A DNA stretch of 64,000 bases from an uncultured Planctomycetaceae bacterium (GTDB lineage: Bacteria; Planctomycetota; Planctomycetia; Isosphaerales; Isosphaeraceae): contig CAWIAD010000001.1 of assembly GCA_963833985.1 (NCBI GenBank), positions 1,760,001 to 1,824,000 on the forward strand, read 5' to 3'. The translations under genes and the position numbers were made by a program. Below the pieces are notes generated by a model that saw only the letters and a program-made list of their open reading frames with translations, had not been told where the DNA came from and searched no databases. Positions 9,322 to 17,665 of the stretch are shown in pieces (within the stretch, counting starts at the first letter, position 1; every line of letters begins with the position of its first letter).

Positions 9322-9447
9322 TTTCTCCTCGATGCCGACATCGCCTCCGCCTACTTGTAGAATCATCCCAGCGTGGCCACGCGTCTGACGATGCATCATG
9401 GGAGCCTTCACATTTCGGCCGTGACCGCGGGGGAATTGCCGGCGTGA
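9318..9447 (+). pseudogene. Truncated VapC/PIN toxin remnant
   Basis: FLLDADIASAYL*NHPSVATRL...LHISAVTAGEL, with a frameshift at the start, an internal TAG (9358-9360) and truncation. Confidence 0.75.
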
Positions 9448-9551
9448 GCCGGACGAGCCAAGGTCAGATGCGGCCGCTCACACGCCGGGATCTCGACGCG
9501 TGGGTGGCCCCGATTGTCCCACCGTCTCCTGGGCTGTTTGCGAGCCCCGTG

Positions 9552-11102
9552 TCACGGCCTTGTTGTCCCCGGATCGGAGGGAAGAGGGCCGCCCGATGCC
9601 GAGGCACTTGTGTCGAGCACGCGATGTCCCAACGGCGACGCGGCGTCACTGGTCCGCTCGGCGGCCCGTGCGATGCCGCGGGCCATGCCGCGGAAGATTC
9701 GCCGGTGGATCGGGTAGAGCAAGCTCCAGTAGAGCCGGCCCCACAACGGCGTCGGGCGGAAGTACGCCGTCTGGATCAGCTCCGAGCAGTCGCCGCCGGT
9801 GCCGAGCGGGCGGACGCGGAAGTCCAGCCAGGCGTCGCCCGGGACTTTCATCTCGGCGTGCAGCAACAGCCGCTCCCCGGGTATGACATCCTCGACCCGC
9901 CAGAAGTCGATCGCGTCGCCGACGAAGACGTCCACCGGGTCGCGGCGGCCCCGCCGCAGGCCGACCCCGCCAATGGCCCGGTCCATTCCGCCGCGGACCC
10001 GCCAGAGGAGGTCCGCGTAGTACCAGCCCACCTCGCCCCCGATACATCGCACGCGGTCGAACAGGGCCCCGGCCGAGGTGCCGCACGCGACCCGCTGCTC
10101 GTCGCGGATCGGGAAGTCGGCCGGGACGAAGGCCCGCCGCCCGCGATCGCGGCGTGGCAGGCTCGCGTTGGTCCAGCGCGTCTCCACCACGTGGAGCCGC
10201 ACCTCCTCCAGCGCGGACCGTACGGCCGCTTCGAAGCTGACCGGCTCGACGGGGACCATCGCCTGGATCCGGTCGTCCTCGCAGACCGTCTCGGACTTCA
10301 GGCCCTCGATGATCGGGAAGGCGACCGAAGCGGGCACCGGCGTGACCAGGTTCGCCCAGTAGGCCGAGAGCCGTGGGGTGAGCACCGGCACGACGAGGAT
10401 CAATCGCCTCCTCCCGGTGATCGCGGCGAACCGCTCCATCATCTCCTTGTAGGTCAGGACGTCCGGCCCGCCGATGTCGAGGACCTGCCCGGCGGTGGCC
10501 GGGGCCTCCAGGCAGCCGATCAGGTACGCCAGGACGCTGCGGATCGCGATCGGCTGGGTGCGGTTGGTGACCCAGCGGGGGCAAACCATCGCAGGCAGAC
10601 GGGAGACCAGCGCGCGGAGCATCTCGAACGACGCACTGCCCGAGCCGATGATCATGGCGGCACGAAGTTCCGTGGCGGGCACCGGACCGCCTCGGAACAC
10701 GTCGCCGACCTCGTGGCGGCTGGTCAGGTGCTTCGAGAGTCGCTCCGAGCGCCGGCCCAGGCCGCCGAGGTAGATAATCCGCTCCAGGCGGGCTTCGGCG
10801 GCGGCCGAAGCGAAGTTCCGCGCGGCTCGCAGGTCGCGCTCGCAGAACGACCCCTCGCCGCCGGCCATCGAGTGGACGAGGTAATAAGCGGCTGCGCAGC
10901 CGGCCAGGGCCGGGCCGAGCGAGGCGCGGTCGAGCACGTCGCCCGCGACGACCTCGACCTCCCCGGTCCAGTCCCGCCCGCGCAGCCGCTCGGGATCGCG
11001 GGCCAGGCAGCGGACCCGGTAGCCCCTGGACAGCAACTGTGGCACGAGCCGGCCGCCGATGTATCCCGTGGCCCCGGTGACGAGGATCGGCCTGGTGTTC
11101 AT
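9552..11102 (-). CDS. NAD(P)-binding SDR-like oxidoreductase with C-terminal DUF2867 (YbjT-like)
   Basis: ILVTGATGYIGG Rossmann motif, IIGSGSASFEM, AEMKVPGDAWL, GRLYW. Confidence 0.9.
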   Translation of the reverse strand: MNTRPILVTGATGYIGGRLVPQLLSRGYRVRCLARDPERLRGRDWTGEVEVVAGDVLDRASLGPALAGCAAAYYLVHSMAGGEGSFCERDLRAARNFASAAAEARLERIIYLGGLGRRSERLSKHLTSRHEVGDVFRGGPVPATELRAAMIIGSGSASFEMLRALVSRLPAMVCPRWVTNRTQPIAIRSVLAYLIGCLEAPATAGQVLDIGGPDVLTYKEMMERFAAITGRRRLILVVPVLTPRLSAYWANLVTPVPASVAFPIIEGLKSETVCEDDRIQAMVPVEPVSFEAAVRSALEEVRLHVVETRWTNASLPRRDRGRRAFVPADFPIRDEQRVACGTSAGALFDRVRCIGGEVGWYYADLLWRVRGGMDRAIGGVGLRRGRRDPVDVFVGDAIDFWRVEDVIPGERLLLHAEMKVPGDAWLDFRVRPLGTGGDCSELIQTAYFRPTPLWGRLYWSLLYPIHRRIFRGMARGIARAAERTSDAASPLGHRVLDTSASASGGPLPSDPGTTRP

Positions 11103-11506
11103 GGTGAGGTCGCGTCTCCCGTCTCCCGCGGCCCGATGAATCCGCCGCCATCCCTGCCGGCCCGAAGCCGGACGAGCATCGCCAGGACCGGCCGGACCTT
11201 CAGCTCCACCGGGTCCAGGCCCAGCCAGGCGGCGAGTCGACCCGGGCGGGTGCCCGCGGCGAGGCGGCCGACCTGGCGCTGGCCCACACGGATATGCAGC
11301 TCCAGTCCGGCCCGGCCCAGCGCCGCCTGGACCCGGCGCAGCCAGGCGCGGCGTTCGGGGCGGCGCATCCGGCGGCGGAGGGCGAGCGCCGCCCGCAGGT
11401 CGGGGATTTCAAGGGCCACGACGTCGCCAAGGAACTTGACGCGGAGCGGCCGGCCGCCGTCGGCGAGGATCGTCAAGTGTCCGAGCAGGTCGAGGGCGGC
11501 TGCCAT
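11099..11506 (-). CDS. Hypothetical protein
   Basis: 135-aa ORF coupled to its neighbours (4-bp overlap, 3-bp gap). Confidence 0.6.
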   Translation of the reverse strand: MAAALDLLGHLTILADGGRPLRVKFLGDVVALEIPDLRAALALRRRMRRPERRAWLRRVQAALGRAGLELHIRVGQRQVGRLAAGTRPGRLAAWLGLDPVELKVRPVLAMLVRLRAGRDGGGFIGPRETGDATSP

Positions 11507-11509
11507 GGT

Positions 11510-11722
11510 TCAGTCCCCGGCGGTGTCGCGGGTGCGGATCTTGAGGACGCCGCTCATCCGCCACCTGGCGTGGGTCGCGTCGGCCGAGGCACTGCTGGGA
11601 ATCAGCAGCTCGAAGTCCTCGAACTCATACGTGATCTCGGCCCCACGTCCGGTCAGGCGGTCGTAGAGGCCAATGGCCAGGTCAGGCCAGGTCTTTGTAT
11701 CGGGCAATGCGGTGGTTTCCAT
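11510..11722 (-). CDS. Small conserved-looking hypothetical protein
   Basis: METTALPDTKTWPDLAIGLYDRLTGRGAEITYEF; GAGGAG RBS; first gene of a 3-gene operon. Confidence 0.7.
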   Translation of the reverse strand: METTALPDTKTWPDLAIGLYDRLTGRGAEITYEFEDFELLIPSSASADATHARWRMSGVLKIRTRDTAGD

Positions 11723-12210
11723 CCGGTTCTCCTCTGGTGTCAGATTGCGAAGCATCCGATCCCGTCGAGACGACTGGATCTACGAATTATCACATTTTAG
11801 CGGATAAGCAAGCCTGGTTATGTCACGACGCGTGGGCGCCGTCCGAGCCCGCGAACTCCACCGAGCACTCGCGGACGCCTTCGGCCAAGGCCGCACCGTC
11901 CCTGACCGTCGATGGGATGTCCTGTTCATGGTGCGACCAGGACAGGGATACTCGGGGCGAGCCCCTCCAGAGTTCCCCTGTAAACATCCAACTTGACTCA
12001 TTTCATGATAGGCAGCCGCCGGGCGGCGTAAAGGATAAGTCTGACGGGTTTCCGGATTTCTTACGGTAGATATCGTCCAAAACCATATATGAATGAAACC
12101 GAATACTGAGGCTGCCCGACAACGCTCTCAGGCCGAACGCATGCCGAGGACGCCCGCGGGGACGCGGCCACTGAAAAGAACGAGAAGGGACCGGACGCCG
12201 GAAACCCATA

Positions 12211-12300
12211 GTGAGCACGACCCAGGTCGCCGAGGCCCTGAGGGTCGGCATCACGACCGTCAAGCGTTGAGTGGACCAGGGGACCTTGCCCGGGTCAGAT
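12211..12300 (+). pseudogene. MerR/excisionase-type HTH regulator remnant
   Basis: VSTTQVAEALRVGITTVKR*VDQGTLP; TGA sits where the conserved Trp is expected; no continuation. Confidence 0.6.
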
Positions 12301-12397
12301 AGGGCCACCCACACATCGGAATCTCAAAGCGCAGGTGGCCTCGAATGCCGTCCGAATGTCGTGCAGGCCGCGAACTGAGATGTCCAGTGGAGGCGCA

Positions 12398-13144
12398 TCA
12401 GCGGCGGCCGCCGAGCTTCGAGCGGGAAGGGATCCGCCGCATCGGGTCCTGTCGCCCGGTGTTTCGGAGAGGCCCCGCAGCCGGCTGCGGCTTCGCGGCC
12501 GGCCCGGAACCTTTCGAGGCGTCGGCGGATGCCCCACCCTCGACCAGCGCGGGGACGTCCTTGATCAGTGCGAATGAGTCGAGGAACGCCAGCAGGCGCT
12601 GATCGTTCACCTTGGATTGAGCCCCGACTGCGATGACCTGGTACAGCCTTGGCCCAACCACGTAGATGCGCGCACGCCCCCGTCCGGGTTCCGAACTCTG
12701 GACGCTTCGTGCCTCGAATGCCACGTCGCGTCCGGGATGCGTTCCGGAGAGCATCGTCGGCCCGGTTTCGACCACCTTCCAGTTGCCGGCCTGTTCCATG
12801 GCACGCACGGAGTTGTCGAGCATCGGGTCGACCGATCCCTTCGGTTGTGGCCCCTGAGGAAAGTCCGTGAACGTGACGGTGTAGTTCACATGGTCGGCAT
12901 CGTTCATCGTGGCGATGTTCAGAGTCAGGGGACCGGCGGGAGAGTTTTGGGTCTGACGATCAATCTCCGGCGTCCCTGGGAACTGGATCCGGTAGTTCCC
13001 CGCCTCCGAAGTGAAGGCCTGCGGCGTTGCAGCCCTCTGGGCCTCGATCGGGACGGCTATGGGAGCTGGTGCCTGCGCGGTGCTTCCGCCACAACCGGCC
13101 AGGGCGATGGTGAGCAAGACCAAGCCTGTGAAGCGGGCGAACAT
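12398..13144 (-). CDS. Lipoprotein, unknown function (3' end uncertain)
   Basis: Signal peptide with lipobox LAGC; FTSEAGNYRIQFPGTP ... RIYVVGPRLYQV...FLDSF (PsbP-like pattern). Confidence 0.7.
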   Translation of the reverse strand: MFARFTGLVLLTIALAGCGGSTAQAPAPIAVPIEAQRAATPQAFTSEAGNYRIQFPGTPEIDRQTQNSPAGPLTLNIATMNDADHVNYTVTFTDFPQGPQPKGSVDPMLDNSVRAMEQAGNWKVVETGPTMLSGTHPGRDVAFEARSVQSSEPGRGRARIYVVGPRLYQVIAVGAQSKVNDQRLLAFLDSFALIKDVPALVEGGASADASKGSGPAAKPQPAAGPLRNTGRQDPMRRIPSRSKLGGRR

Positions 13145-13618
13145 GCTTGAGTCCTCTGCGGGGTTTCCGGTGCTGGGTTCACATCGACGGATCATACCAA
13201 CTCTTGCAGTGCGAACGAACAATCGAGTGTTGCCATTTCTCCGCCCGTTGTTGCAAGGATGCAGCCTCGATCTTGGCGACCAAGGGGCAGAACAGCGGCC
13301 GCCGGGTCGCCACGATGAGCGGCACACTTTCAGGAAGCTGATCGGGAAAGCGCTCGACCAGGAACGCACGCCCGCAGTCCCAGGGTGTCGGACCGGGGCA
13401 TCGCGTCATCTTCAGGTTCTTCCCGGGCCGGCGGCTTCCCGGTCGCCAGGTCGCAGGAATGGCGACCACATCCGGAAACCGACGCACGGGAACGCATCCA
13501 TGTTGCTCTTGCCAGAGAAATGCGGATCTGGAATAAACCTCGACCAATCGCTCTTGGATGGACCTGGTCTGCGGGGATCGGTCAACTCGAGGAAGACGCC
13601 AGGAAGGACCTTGCAATC

Positions 13619-14992
13619 ATGATGACATTTCTCGTGCTCATGGGATTGGGGCTGTTTCAGGACAACGACCGGAAGCCCACGGAAAGTGAACTGCACAGCG
13701 CCCACCAGATGCTCTCCGGGGCCTGGCAGGTTGTCACGCTGACAGACAACGGCGACTCAATGGGTCCGGAGCTGGTCCGCCGTAAGATCGTGCAGGACGG
13801 CAGGATCAGTATCGCGAACCGGGTGATCACCCACTTCAACCCGGAGACCGGCGAGACGCGCACCACGGGTTACATCATCAACCCGAGCAAGTCGCCCAAG
13901 CAGATCGACCTGATCACCCCGGAAGAGCGGATCTTGCCTGGCATTTACAAGTTCGAGGGGGACGACCTCGTGGTCTGCTTCGCGAGCCGCGAGGGCCGGC
14001 CCCGTCCCGAGCAGTTCGAGTCGACCAGCGATTCGTTCTTCACGTTGCTGCGCCTGAAGATCGGAAGCGCGGGTCAGCCAGCCGCGCCGCGGCCGGATAC
14101 GAGCTCCCCGGGTGGCGGCCCGGCCACGCGCACGAAGGCCAGGACAGCCTCGCTGTCCACTCCCGCCAGGCCTGAGAGCGACCGCAAGGCCACCCAGGCG
14201 GAGCTGGACCGAGATCGTGCACTGCTCAGCGGCGCCTGGCGGATCCAGTCGATCGTCGATGAGGGCGAGACGCTGTCGGCCGACATCATCCGCACGAAGA
14301 TCGCCGAGGGGGGGCTCGTCCGGATCGGGTTCCGCGGCGTCTCCGCGGTGTCTCCGCGCGACGCCGAGAAACGCATCTGGGCCTACAAGATCGACCCGGC
14401 CAGGTCACCCAAGCAGATGGACGTCACGACCCAGTTCGACACGGTGCTGAAGGCCATTTATCGATTCGAGGGCGATGAGTTCCTCTTCTGTGTGGCCAAG
14501 ACCGAGGACGATGCGCGGCCCACGACGTTCGAGGCTCCGAGCGGCTCGGACCGGATGCTCTACCGTCTCAAGATGGTGAAGCGAGATCCCGCCCAGGCCC
14601 GGCAGGAGGCAGCCGCTCAGGCCCCCGCGCCGGCGCCCCAGCCATCGGCCGAACAGCTCACAAGGCGCAGGGAACAGCAGATCCGCGACATGCTCGTCGG
14701 ATCGTGGAGCATGACCGACCGGAAGGGGAATCTCGTGGCCGTCTTCCGTCCGGACGGCACGTTCACCTCAACCCGGACCTTCGCGAAACGGCGGCTCTTC
14801 GAACCCGACACGACAACCAGCAGCGGGTCATGGGTGTACAGCCAGGGCGTCCTCTCGGCGCGCGTCACCGGCACGACCGACCGGGACATGCTTGGCTACG
14901 GATTCATCGGCCATGTTCAGTCCATCGGCGAGGATGCCATGGTCACCGCCGACAACTCCGGCAAGCTGCTTACGCTCAGGAAGCTGCGCTAA
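13619..14992 (+). CDS. TIGR03067 (planctomycete) domain protein with two repeats and a third lipocalin-like domain
   Basis: Two LSGAW...IxPxxSPKQxD...IYxFEGDxxxxC...RPxxF repeats; then LVGSW domain. Confidence 0.85.
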   Translation: MMTFLVLMGLGLFQDNDRKPTESELHSAHQMLSGAWQVVTLTDNGDSMGPELVRRKIVQDGRISIANRVITHFNPETGETRTTGYIINPSKSPKQIDLITPEERILPGIYKFEGDDLVVCFASREGRPRPEQFESTSDSFFTLLRLKIGSAGQPAAPRPDTSSPGGGPATRTKARTASLSTPARPESDRKATQAELDRDRALLSGAWRIQSIVDEGETLSADIIRTKIAEGGLVRIGFRGVSAVSPRDAEKRIWAYKIDPARSPKQMDVTTQFDTVLKAIYRFEGDEFLFCVAKTEDDARPTTFEAPSGSDRMLYRLKMVKRDPAQARQEAAAQAPAPAPQPSAEQLTRRREQQIRDMLVGSWSMTDRKGNLVAVFRPDGTFTSTRTFAKRRLFEPDTTTSSGSWVYSQGVLSARVTGTTDRDMLGYGFIGHVQSIGEDAMVTADNSGKLLTLRKLR

Positions 14993-15167
14993 GCCGAATG
15001 AGCACATGACCGCAACACGGAGGAAGCGAAAGAGAAGGCCCACTCATTCGTGGGCCGTATTCCCTTCGCCACCGCGATCAACGCCGTGGAAGCCGCAAGC
15101 GTGAACTTCCAACCAGGCCTGACCCTGAAACAGAGCAGTAATCCAAAGGTAGCCAGGCCCCGTCGGC

Positions 15168-16469
15168 TCAGTAGTTGACCAGGGCCTGGTAGACGAGGTC
15201 AGCACGTTGCGGCGTGCCGCGGCCGGTGACCAGGTCGTAGCCGGGGCCGGCGGAGCCGACGCCGTTGGAGCCGGTTGTCACATCGTAGAGTGGTGTGGTT
15301 CCCGCGGTTCCAGAGGCCATGGCGTAGATGGCGGGCAGGGTCTGCGAGACGCCGTCAAGCACTGATTTCTGAGCCGCGACGCGGCCCTGGTTGGCCAGAG
15401 CGAGAAGTGCCGACCAGGACGGCGCTCCCACGCTGGTGCCGCCGTACTGCCCCCAGCGGTAGCCGCCGTAAGAGTCGTACACCGCGACACCCGTGTTCGG
15501 GTCGGCGACCCAGGAGATGTCCGGGTTGGCGCGATAGGAGTAGCTCAGGCCGCTCTGGAAGCTCGGCTTGCCCTCATAGGCACTCACGCCTCCGCCACCG
15601 CCGCTCCAGCCGCTCTCCCCGGTCCATGTGTAGCTGGTGGTGTTGTAACTCAGGGTGGTCCCGCCCACGGCAAGCACATTGGGTGATTCGGCGGGATACT
15701 CCTGCACCCCGCTGTCGCCGGCCGAAAAGACGAAGGTCACGCCCTTGGTGCTGAACGTGCTGTCGTAGCCGGTCTCACCGGAGAACTCACCGCCGCCCCA
15801 GCTATTGGAGATGACCGTGGCGCCATCCTTCACGGCAACGCTGTCGGCCTGGAAGAGCGCGGTGTAGCTGGCCGACGAGGCTTCCACGAGCATGATCTGC
15901 GCCTGCGGGGCAATTGCGTGCATCCATTCGACGTCGAGGGAAATCTCCTGGCCCCAGCCGCGGTTCCCGGCCGGCTTCTTTCCGGATGCATAAACCTTGG
16001 TTAACCAGCTTGTCGCGGCACCGTAGGCCGTGTAGTACGACGTGCTCCCGCCCAGTGTGGTCATGAACTGCTTGTCAAACGTATCTGCATCCTTGGAGAT
16101 ATATGGGTCATCATAGGCATCGACGATGGCAATCGTCTGCCCTTGACCCAGGTTCGTGATCTTGTTCAGACCGTAGATATTTCGCAGCTCCGCTGGAGTC
16201 AGCGCGGTGGAAGGGGGTGACGACGCGGCCGGAACCGGTACGCTGGCTGCGGGGGCGAGCCTGTACAGGAAGGTGTGGGCGCGGTTCGCCGCATTCACCA
16301 CCGAGCTGGCCACCGGGACAGCAACCGGCGCGGGCCCGCTCGCCCGGACCTCGGCCGGAGCGGCGTGACGGTGATGCAGCGCCGCGAACGTGCTCAGCAA
16401 GGTGCGATCCTCGAGACATTGAAGGGACGCACACTGGAACTTGGGAGACGGCCGCCTGGGCGGTTTCAT
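15168..16469 (-). CDS. S53 (sedolisin-like) serine peptidase, secreted
   Basis: WGQEISLDVEW, SNSWG, SAGDSG, GGTSVGAP, GYDLVTGRGTP; N-terminal LEDRTLLS motif. Confidence 0.9.
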   Translation of the reverse strand: MKPPRRPSPKFQCASLQCLEDRTLLSTFAALHHRHAAPAEVRASGPAPVAVPVASSVVNAANRAHTFLYRLAPAASVPVPAASSPPSTALTPAELRNIYGLNKITNLGQGQTIAIVDAYDDPYISKDADTFDKQFMTTLGGSTSYYTAYGAATSWLTKVYASGKKPAGNRGWGQEISLDVEWMHAIAPQAQIMLVEASSASYTALFQADSVAVKDGATVISNSWGGGEFSGETGYDSTFSTKGVTFVFSAGDSGVQEYPAESPNVLAVGGTTLSYNTTSYTWTGESGWSGGGGGVSAYEGKPSFQSGLSYSYRANPDISWVADPNTGVAVYDSYGGYRWGQYGGTSVGAPSWSALLALANQGRVAAQKSVLDGVSQTLPAIYAMASGTAGTTPLYDVTTGSNGVGSAGPGYDLVTGRGTPQRADLVYQALVNY

Positions 16470-16774
16470 GGCTGCGGTTCCTGGGTGATGGATCAAGAAA
16501 GAGGAAAGCTCGATCAGTGCGCTGCGGGACCCGGGAGAGAGGCTGCGATGAGATAGCGGATCAAGATAGCGACGCAATCCCCGACCGTCATCAAGTTGTC
16601 GCGTGATCTGGCAAATTCTCAAATGCAATCACGAAGAATAGCATGCATCTCTCTCGCTCGGGGTGAATCTGGATTTCAGTAGGGTAGTACACGGACGAAA
16701 CGGGGCGGCGTAGGATGGCAAGTCTGGCGGGAGCATGATCCGAGTACTTCAGTGATCCAGCCGGGACATGGAAC

Positions 16775-17536
16775 ATGCGAAGCTTCCACGTGGGTTCGAG
16801 CTTGTGTTCGATGCTGGCTCTGATCGGCAGCACCGGCAGCCCGGCCGCTAGCTTCTTGCCGCACGAGTCAGCGGCCGTTGCGACGGCCCAGGAGCGTTCC
16901 TACGAAGCCAGGCGGCGCCAGATGGTCGAGGCACAGATCCGAGCCCGAGGGATCCGCGACCAGGCCGTTCTGGCCGCCCTGGCCAGGGTGCCGAGGCACC
17001 GATTCGTACCCGCCGAGCTTTCTGACATTGCCTATCGTGATGATGCCTTGCCGATCGGGCACGGGCAGACGATCTCACAGCCCTACATCGTGGCGCTCAT
17101 GACCGAGCTGATCGAACCGAAGAAGACCATGAAGGTGCTCGAGATCGGCACGGGGTCGGGCTACCAGGCGGCGATCCTGGCCGAGTGCGTGGGCGAGGTG
17201 GAGACGATCGAGGTGGTGCCCGAGCTGGGCCGGGGCGCGGCCCGACTGTTCAAGGAACTCGGCTACCGCACGGTGCATCCGCGGATTGGCGACGGGTACG
17301 AGGGGTGGCCGGAGCGGGCTCCGTTTGACGCGATCCTGCTCACCGCAGCGCCGCCGGACGTGGTGCCTCAACCGCTGCTCGACCAGCTCAAGATGGGCGG
17401 CCGCCTGGTGGCGCCGATCGGTCGAGGCGACCAGGAGCTGGTGCGCATCACTCGCACGGACCACGGCTTTGTGCGAGAGCTGGTCACGATGGTCCGCTTC
17501 GTGCCCATGACCGGCAAGGCCCAGCAGTTGCGCTGA
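16775..17536 (+). CDS. pcm: Protein-L-isoaspartate O-methyltransferase
   Basis: VPRHRF, AYxDxxLPIGHGQTISQP, VLEIGTGSGYQAA, VRFVPM. Confidence 0.95.
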   Translation: MRSFHVGSSLCSMLALIGSTGSPAASFLPHESAAVATAQERSYEARRRQMVEAQIRARGIRDQAVLAALARVPRHRFVPAELSDIAYRDDALPIGHGQTISQPYIVALMTELIEPKKTMKVLEIGTGSGYQAAILAECVGEVETIEVVPELGRGAARLFKELGYRTVHPRIGDGYEGWPERAPFDAILLTAAPPDVVPQPLLDQLKMGGRLVAPIGRGDQELVRITRTDHGFVRELVTMVRFVPMTGKAQQLR

Positions 17537-17665
17537 GGGCGCGGACCGCCGATCGCTTGCGGTCGCACCTTGAACGGGGAGTGCGGCCGCGGTACAAGGC
17601 TTCAAGGCTTGCGGAACGATCAGGCCGCTGCCGGCGTGCCGGCCGAAAACTCTCGAGGATGCTCC

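Noticed and set aside
674..9447. Integron or prophage explanation for the cassette array
   Set aside because: No tyrosine integrase, recognisable attC sites or phage genes are in the window.
9273..11666. 797-aa plus-strand ORF, and similar long shadow ORFs (17075-18742, 40514-42010, 43344-45299, 54793-56928, 59169-61121, 61282-62967)
   Set aside because: They are antisense to well-supported genes, Arg/Gly/Pro-rich and motif-free, as expected in high-GC DNA.
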